A stretch of DNA of 64,000 bases. Origin: Candidatus Hydrogenedentota bacterium. GTDB taxonomy: Bacteria > Hydrogenedentota > Hydrogenedentia > Hydrogenedentales > JAEUWI01. Under the pieces are notes generated by a model. It was not told where the DNA came from. It did no database searches and saw only the letters and a program-made list of their open reading frames with translations. This document shows, piece by piece, positions 57,379 through 64,000 of the stretch (positions within the stretch are counted from its first letter, which is position 1; each line of letters starts with the position of its first letter). The position numbers were made by a program, and so were the translations under genes. Location: contig JAXMOL010000027.1 of assembly GCA_034669905.1 (NCBI GenBank), positions 30,511 through 94,510 on the forward strand, given 5' to 3'.

Positions 57379-58017
57379 TTAGGATTCTGAATCGACGAGG
57401 TCATCGCCGAAGTCGAGGCCTTCTTCAAGGACGACTTCGTTGGTGTGCTCCGGTACCATATGCTCGGGCTCGATGAAACGGCGTGTTGGTCGTGCTCCTT
57501 TTTCTGCAACTTCCAGTGCGGCGTGTTCTATCGAATAGAAGGACTTTTGATTCGGACCTTCGTGGAGCCGTAATACCCCGTTTATGATTACCGCCTGGCT
57601 CAGGGGATCGGCTGTCGTGCTTTCTTCCATGTGGACTACCATGACGTCTCTTGTCGGGGGGCGACTGCAGAAGTAGCACTCGATGGGGAGGGGGAGGAGC
57701 ATGAATTCGGTCATGTCCCGGAAGTCGTTTTCGGGTACCATGAATCCGACGACATTGACCTGCTTGTTATTCCACTTTTTTAATTCTTCGGAAAAGGTCG
57801 GTCCCTGCCGTAAATTGCCTGCCGTATCCCGCATATGGTGCCACTTGAGTACCTCCAGTCCCTCGCGCTGCCACTGGTCCTCAAACAATCGTCGGTCCGC
57901 GTCATAGCGCCGCGCGTCTTCCTTACGGCCCAAGTTGCTGTTCAGAAAGACGATAAGCGCCAAGACTATTGCGACGACGGCGATGGTTCGCAAGTCCCGT
58001 TTCGCACGTTGTCGCAT
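57379..58017 (-). CDS. DUF3299 family protein (paralogue 2)
   Basis: VNVVGFMVP...EFMLLPLPIECYFCSRPP; N-terminal TM anchor. Confidence 0.8.
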   Translation of the reverse strand: MRQRAKRDLRTIAVVAIVLALIVFLNSNLGRKEDARRYDADRRLFEDQWQREGLEVLKWHHMRDTAGNLRQGPTFSEELKKWNNKQVNVVGFMVPENDFRDMTEFMLLPLPIECYFCSRPPTRDVMVVHMEESTTADPLSQAVIINGVLRLHEGPNQKSFYSIEHAALEVAEKGARPTRRFIEPEHMVPEHTNEVVLEEGLDFGDDLVDSES

Positions 58018-58138
58018 GATGCTACCCCCCTAGTCTTGTCGTCCGACTCTCAGTTTGCACTTCATTGGTATCGAACCGGAAATTCTTCGGGCCGTATCAT
58101 CTCCGTCGCTTCCCAAAAAAACAACGACAAGGGTCCGC

Positions 58139-58783
58139 CTACGAATCCGATTCGGGATCGATGAGGTCTTCACCGAAATCCATGGGTTCTTCGAGCACGA
58201 CCTCGTTGGTATGCTGGGGGACCATGTGTTCCGGTGGAATGTAACGGCGCTGGAGGCGGGCACCCTTTTCGGCGGCTTCCAGGGCAGCGTGTTCGATGGA
58301 GTAGAAGGAAGTCTGGTTGGGCCCTTCGTGGAGCCGCAGTACGCCGTTAATCATCACCGCCTGCTCGTAGGGGTTGGTGGTGGTGCCTTCGGCCATGTGC
58401 ACCACCATGACGTCTTTCACGGGGGGGCGGTTGCAGAAGTAGCATTCCAGGGGGAGGGGGAGGAGCATGAACTCCTTCATTTCCCGAAACTCGTTTTCCG
58501 GCACCATGAAGCCAATGACATTGACCTGCTTGTTGTTCCACTTTTTCAGGTCTTCCGAAAAGGTGGGGCCGCTCCGGAGGCTGCCTTCCGTGTCCCGCAT
58601 GTGGTGCCACTTCAGGATTTCCATGCCCTCGCTCTGACGGGCATCTTCAAATCCCCGTCGCTCCAGATCCTTCTTCTTGGCGAGGGCGGTCCGGCCCACG
58701 TTGTAGTTCATGAAAATAATCAGCGCCAAGATGACGACGACGCCGGCGATGACGGTAAGATCTCGTTTTACTCGTTGTCTCAT
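58139..58783 (-). CDS. DUF3299 family protein (paralogue 1)
   Basis: VNVIGFMVP...EFMLLPLPLECYFCNRPP. Confidence 0.8.
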   Translation of the reverse strand: MRQRVKRDLTVIAGVVVILALIIFMNYNVGRTALAKKKDLERRGFEDARQSEGMEILKWHHMRDTEGSLRSGPTFSEDLKKWNNKQVNVIGFMVPENEFREMKEFMLLPLPLECYFCNRPPVKDVMVVHMAEGTTTNPYEQAVMINGVLRLHEGPNQTSFYSIEHAALEAAEKGARLQRRYIPPEHMVPQHTNEVVLEEPMDFGEDLIDPESDS

Positions 58784-58815
58784 GATTGCTACTTCCTGAA
58801 TCGTAGGGCTGCGTA

Positions 58816-60134
58816 CTACTGTCGGTCGGCCAAATCGTGGGCCACGTCACTGTTATAGGCCTGCCAGGCCGGGAGGATACCCGCGACGAGCCCGACAAGG
58901 GCCACGGTGGCGAAGGCCCGTATTTCTTCCGAACTCAAGCCAAAGGGAGTTACGACCAGGCCATACTCTTGTGCGAGTTTCAGACCCAGTAAATAGGTTA
59001 CCACATTGCCGAAAAGCCATCCGACGGCGATGCCCAGGGTGGTGACCCAGAAGGCCTCGATAAGGACGGCGCCAAAGATCTCATAGGACGATGCGCCCAG
59101 GGCCCGCATAATGGCCAGGTCCCGTTTTCGCTGCATGATGCTGAGGTAGAGTCCAATGAGAATGCTGATGGCCGAAATGACCACCACCAGGTAGCCCACC
59201 GCCATCATCAGCCCCTTAATGGGGTCGAGAAAATCACGGAAGAAGTCGCTGATTATCTGGATGGGCACGGCGGCCATGGCATCGGTCTGCTCGTTGATAT
59301 AGCCTTCATACTCGAAGCGCTGGGTGGCGCTGTGCAATTGGACCAAGACCGAGCTGATACTGTTGGACCAGTCCAACTCTGCTTCGGTAGGGGCCTCCTC
59401 CTCGGCGTGGTCATCGTGAGCGCCATGATCGTCATGGTCATCGTGGGCGCCATGGTCGTCCTCTTCGCCGTGGCCGTGACCGTGGGCCTCCCAGATGGAC
59501 TCAATGCTGCAATAGATGGCCCGGTCAAAGGGCGAGCCACTGGGCTCCAGGATACCGACGACCTTGTAGGGGTGGTCGGCATGATCGAATTCCCGGAGAT
59601 CTTCGGAGATGGCGAAGGAGCCATGGACGCTTTCGAACTCGTCCCCGAGTTGGAGACCCAGTTTGCGGGCGGCTACGGCACCGACCACCGCTTCCTGGGA
59701 GGATTCGAATTTGCGCCCATCCGCCAGGGTGAAGGGTTTGCGCACCTCGCCGCTGAACCCCTTCCATTCGTGATCCAGCAACTCGGGGGTGGTGCCGACG
59801 ATACGGTAGCCGTTGTAGGTGTCGCCCAGCCCAATGGGGAAGGCCGCCTTGACGAAGTCAGAATCTTTCTTTAGGTCTTCATAGACATGGAGGGGGGTGC
59901 GCCCAATCGCCGAGTCCATGAAGTAGACGCTGCCGAGCACGAGCTGAAGGGGGCTGCCCTTGGGGCCCACGACGAGGTCGAAGGCCTGCCCTTCTTCGGC
60001 GAAGCGCTGCTCGAGCTGTTGGCGGAGGCTCAACACCGATGAAATCAGTCCCACCGCCAGCGCGACGGAAATGATGGTCAGGCAGGTGGTGAGTTTACGG
60101 TTCCAAAGATACGACCATGCGATGTGCCAGAGAC

Positions 60135-60138
<4 letters not shown>
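58816..60138 (-). CDS. MacB/FtsX-like ABC permease (ZrgC-like) with a His/Asp-rich insert
   Basis: DLVVGPKGSPLQLVL, PIGLGDTYNGYRIVGT, RDLAIMRALGA and LPAWQAY. Confidence 0.9.
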
Positions 60139-60797
<659 letters not shown>

Positions 60798-61054
60798 GTA
60801 ATACGAAATTCCTGGCCGGTTGTAGTTTGCCGCGGCTTACTACGCCTAATTCGTCAAGGGCGAAAAATGATAGCACGGGACCTGGAAAATTTTGTAGATT
60901 GTCTTGAAATCAGACACCATGGCCCTTGCTCAGCAGGGGATAGTATGCCCCACAAAGGAGCGCACGGTCCAATCGATGGCCTGTCCCCCGGCAACAGATC
61001 GGGCACAAAGAGGGAATTATGAGAAAAGTATGTATGGTGGCGAGGATGATATTT

Positions 61055-61083
61055 TTGCGCATCCGCTCCAAATGGGCTATAGT
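61055..61083 (+). promoter_or_regulatory. Putative sigma70 promoter
   Basis: TTGCGC-N17-TATAGT about 45 nt upstream of ATG 61129. Confidence 0.5.
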
Positions 61084-61128
61084 GTAGCAAGTAAGTGACT
61101 TGGTGGTAATGGCCGGGGTTCGCACAAG

Positions 61129-62154
61129 ATGGGTACGGACACACGTATAACGCCGAAACTTTCCGGAATGGATGTGGTTAAGGCGATCATTGAAGAGCAC
61201 TATGACTTAGGTGCCGTGCAGTTGCCGCGTCAACTGGAAACGACGCACCAACGCCGCCACCGCAAAATGGTGGTGGAGACCGAGCAGGGGGTATTCCTCG
61301 CTAAGACCTATCACCGCGATGCGGTGGTGTTGGACAATCTCCGCTTTCAACACAATCTTTCCTCCCACCTGCTGGAGAACGGGATTCCGGTTGCGGAGAT
61401 AAAGCGGGCCCGGAACGGCAAAGGGATCGTGGAAGTCGATACTTGGGCGATGGAGTTGCAACACTTCGTGCCTGGCGAGCCCATGCAGGTAACTACGCCT
61501 TCGTTGGCCACATCGGCCGATGCCCTGGGCCGTTTTCACCATGTATGCCGGGGGGTGCCGGTGCCGCCCCGGGACGCGCGAAAGTGGCGTTTCAGCGAGG
61601 TGCCCCGGCAGGCCCTGCAAAAGCTTTTCCATGTGGCCCGCCAGATAGGCGGCGATCATCACCAGATTGATGCTTACTGCAATCAGATCGCCCTCTTTCT
61701 CCATGATTCCACGGAAGTGTTGAGTGCAGAGAAGCGTGAGGCCTTTGAGACTGGGCTAATCCATGGCGATTGGCACGGCGGGAACCTCCTGTTTCAGGGA
61801 GATACGCTGACGGCCATTCTGGATCTGGAGTTCGCGGGGGACGGGTGTTACCTGGAGGATATTGCGTATGCGGTATCCAACCTGTGTGTTCGGACCACCC
61901 TGAGTGCCGAGAAAATGCAACATCGGACCAATATACTGCTGGATCGTTACCAGGTTTACCGCACGCTCACCTACGCCGAACTGGTGGCGTTGTACTACGC
62001 GGTGGGGGTGAAGCACATCACCACGGTCTCGTACCAGGCACCACAGATGGGCGGTAAGGTGGCGGGGTATACCGCGTCGGAATGGTTGCAACGGCTGGCG
62101 GTGCAATGCCAATGGCTTGCCGAGCAGTCACGCAAGGCCCGATGGGGCGAGTAG
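61129..62154 (+). CDS. APH/homoserine kinase type II-like phosphotransferase
   Basis: Brenner motif LIHGDWHGGNLLF and ILDLE. Confidence 0.88.
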   Translation: MGTDTRITPKLSGMDVVKAIIEEHYDLGAVQLPRQLETTHQRRHRKMVVETEQGVFLAKTYHRDAVVLDNLRFQHNLSSHLLENGIPVAEIKRARNGKGIVEVDTWAMELQHFVPGEPMQVTTPSLATSADALGRFHHVCRGVPVPPRDARKWRFSEVPRQALQKLFHVARQIGGDHHQIDAYCNQIALFLHDSTEVLSAEKREAFETGLIHGDWHGGNLLFQGDTLTAILDLEFAGDGCYLEDIAYAVSNLCVRTTLSAEKMQHRTNILLDRYQVYRTLTYAELVALYYAVGVKHITTVSYQAPQMGGKVAGYTASEWLQRLAVQCQWLAEQSRKARWGE

Positions 62155-62272
62155 ACGAATTCCCTTCCCGTGTTTGGCGGAGCCCCCCCTGATCGTTATA
62201 CTGGGCCTGCACGCAGGCGACCCATCCATGAATTCCGTTGCGCACTGATACCGTTGAGAGGACTGTCCATTC

Positions 62273-64000
62273 ATGCCGTTTTTCCGCATTGCCGAATTAC
62301 ACCGCCCCTGGTCCGGGGTGCAGCTTCATATTCTGGCCGGATTGATTACCCTATCGCTTTTTCTTGCTCATTCCCCGTGGGCACAGGGGGAGACCGGAAA
62401 AGGGGTGGCTTCGTCGTCCGTCACCGAGGGTCTCAAGATCACCGAGATCATGTATAACCCGCCGACCGGGGGCGTGGACTTTATCGAGTTTCAAAACGTG
62501 GGTACGACGGCACTCGATGTGTCGGGTGTGACCTTCAGTGAAGGGCTGCTCTACACCTTCCCGGAAGGTACGGTATTGGCCGCCGGGGCGTTCTATGTGT
62601 TATCCGTCGATGAGGCGGCCTTTTCTGCACGGTATCCCGACGTGACCCTTGATGGGGTCTATCTGAATGGGCTGAACAACGACGAAGATCGCCTTACCCT
62701 GAATACGGCAACCGGTACGCCTTTTTTCTCGTTAAGATACGAAGATGAAACGCCCTGGCCACCGGCCGCCGATGGTCTGGGATTTTCCATTGTGCTCCGC
62801 GATGCCGCGGCGGCCGAGGATAATCCGGGCAACTGGCGGGCCAGCGGACAGGAGGGGGGCTCGCCCGGCGCGGTCGATGTGGCCGATCCCATCGCCCCCG
62901 TGCTCGTCAATGAGGCCCTGACCCATACGGATGCTCCCCAGGTGGATGGCATTGAGCTACACAATCCCACGACCGCCACGGTCGATTTGCGGGGGTGGTA
63001 CCTCACCGATGACCGGAGTGTTCCGCAGAAAGCGCGAATTCCCGATTCGGCGGAGTACCTCCTGGGGCCAGGCGGCTACACGGTGATTAACGAAACCCTG
63101 TTTCGCGATGCGCCCGGCACGGCTGACGGAATGGCGCTGCCGGGCTTTGGCCTGAGCGCTTTCGGCGGCGAGGATGTGTACCTCTTTTCCGCCATCGGCT
63201 CCGAAGGGCGCCTTACCGGGTATGGTCACGGTTACGCCCTCGGTGGTGCGGAAAATGGCGTCACCTTCGGTCGCTACGTGGCCGGGGATGGCACCGAGCA
63301 CTTTGTGGCACAGGCCCTGAATACCCTGGGGACGGCCAATAGCGCGCCCTTGGTCGGTCCGGTGGTCATCAGTGAGATTTATTACAGTCCCGTTGGTGCG
63401 GAGGTGGAATACCTGGAGCTGACCAACATCACGGATCGGACCGTCAATCTCTGGGACGACTCGACCGGTGGGAATCCCGATAACACCTGGCAGATTACCG
63501 GTATTGGATTTTCCTTTCCTGCATTGACCCAACTCAATGGGGGCGCACGGGTGTTGGTGGTCAACGGGGATCCGGCGGCGTTCCGCCTCCAATACGATGT
63601 GCCCCCTTCGGTGCTCGTTGTGGGGCCCTTCGGGACCGGGCTGGCGCTGAGTAATCAGGGTGAACGCATTGTTCTCCAACGTCCCGATACGCCGGATACG
63701 CTCAACAACGTGGCGCTCATTGAGGTGGATGGGGTTCGCTATGACGACAACAGCCCCTGGCCCGATGCCGATGGCAACGGATTGGCCCTGAGTCGGTTGG
63801 AGAACGACGTGTTCGGTAGTGACGCGACCAACTGGCGTGCCGCAGCGCCCCGCTTCGGTGCCGTGGAAGCGGCCGGTGAAGGTGAAGGTGAAGGTGAAGG
63901 TGAAGGTGAAGGCGAAGGCGAAGGCGAAGGCGAAGGCGAAGGCGAAGGCGAAGGCGAAGGCGAAGGCGAAGGCGAAGGCGAAGGCGAAGGCGAAGCGCCA
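62273..64000 (+). CDS. Secreted multi-lamin-tail-domain (LTD) protein, truncated by the window end
   Basis: Not in the ORF track because there is no stop. Manual translation from ATG 62273 (RBS GAGAGG) gives a signal peptide, KITEIMYNPP...DFIEFQN, VLVNEAL...IELHNP and VVISEIYYSP...EYLELTN, then (GE)20. Confidence 0.88.
   Translation, partial: MPFFRIAELHRPWSGVQLHILAGLITLSLFLAHSPWAQGETGKGVASSSVTEGLKITEIMYNPPTGGVDFIEFQNVGTTALDVSGVTFSEGLLYTFPEGTVLAAGAFYVLSVDEAAFSARYPDVTLDGVYLNGLNNDEDRLTLNTATGTPFFSLRYEDETPWPPAADGLGFSIVLRDAAAAEDNPGNWRASGQEGGSPGAVDVADPIAPVLVNEALTHTDAPQVDGIELHNPTTATVDLRGWYLTDDRSVPQKARIPDSAEYLLGPGGYTVINETLFRDAPGTADGMALPGFGLSAFGGEDVYLFSAIGSEGRLTGYGHGYALGGAENGVTFGRYVAGDGTEHFVAQALNTLGTANSAPLVGPVVISEIYYSPVGAEVEYLELTNITDRTVNLWDDSTGGNPDNTWQITGIGFSFPALTQLNGGARVLVVNGDPAAFRLQYDVPPSVLVVGPFGTGLALSNQGERIVLQRPDTPDTLNNVALIEVDGVRYDDNSPWPDADGNGLALSRLENDVFGSDATNWRAAAPRFGAVEAAGEGEGEGEGEGEGEGEGEGEGEGEGEGEGEGEGEGEGEGEAP
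63875..63994 (+). repeat. Perfect hexamer tandem repeat (GGTGAA)6(GGCGAA)14 encoding (GE)20
   Basis: Counted directly in the sequence. Confidence 0.95.

Noticed and set aside
62659..63679. Minus-strand ORFs near the window end
   Set aside because: They are antisense to the lamin-tail-domain gene, which is open from 62273 to the end.

Overview
A gene-dense, GC-rich bacterial window. The (Glu-Gly)n linkers in secreted proteins suggest Candidatus Hydrogenedentota, but that is an inference. In order it holds: dprA; an arylsulfatase; an HGSNAT-like acyltransferase; a flavinylated FMN/4Fe-4S membrane protein paired with a secreted FAD oxidoreductase; a defence island (type I R-M hsdM-[DUF1016/YhcG]-hsdS-[Kiwa kwaAB]-hsdR) followed by a lone type I-E CRISPR-repeat-like unit; sialidase, GNAT, divergent Clp ATPase, DUF4091, YfhO, SSS symporter and NADP oxidoreductase genes; a complete mrp/mnhA-G operon; an FHA-bEBP regulator with degenerate motifs; a five-gene operon of secreted proteins; a DUF1800/DUF1501/ECF-sigma/anti-sigma cluster; a Zrg-like ABC system with tandem DUF3299 paralogues; an APH-family kinase; and a lamin-tail-domain protein that runs off the end. 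The best candidate for an undescribed system is the operon at 39639-50441. It encodes a dockerin-bearing giant Ig/metzincin protein, a possible cognate inhibitor, a Ca-repeat protein with a 22-aa repeat tail, a Gly-rich protein and a membrane-anchored cohesin. I saw no rRNA, tRNA, CRISPR array, integrase or transposase. All family calls come from motifs recognised by eye, not from database searches.
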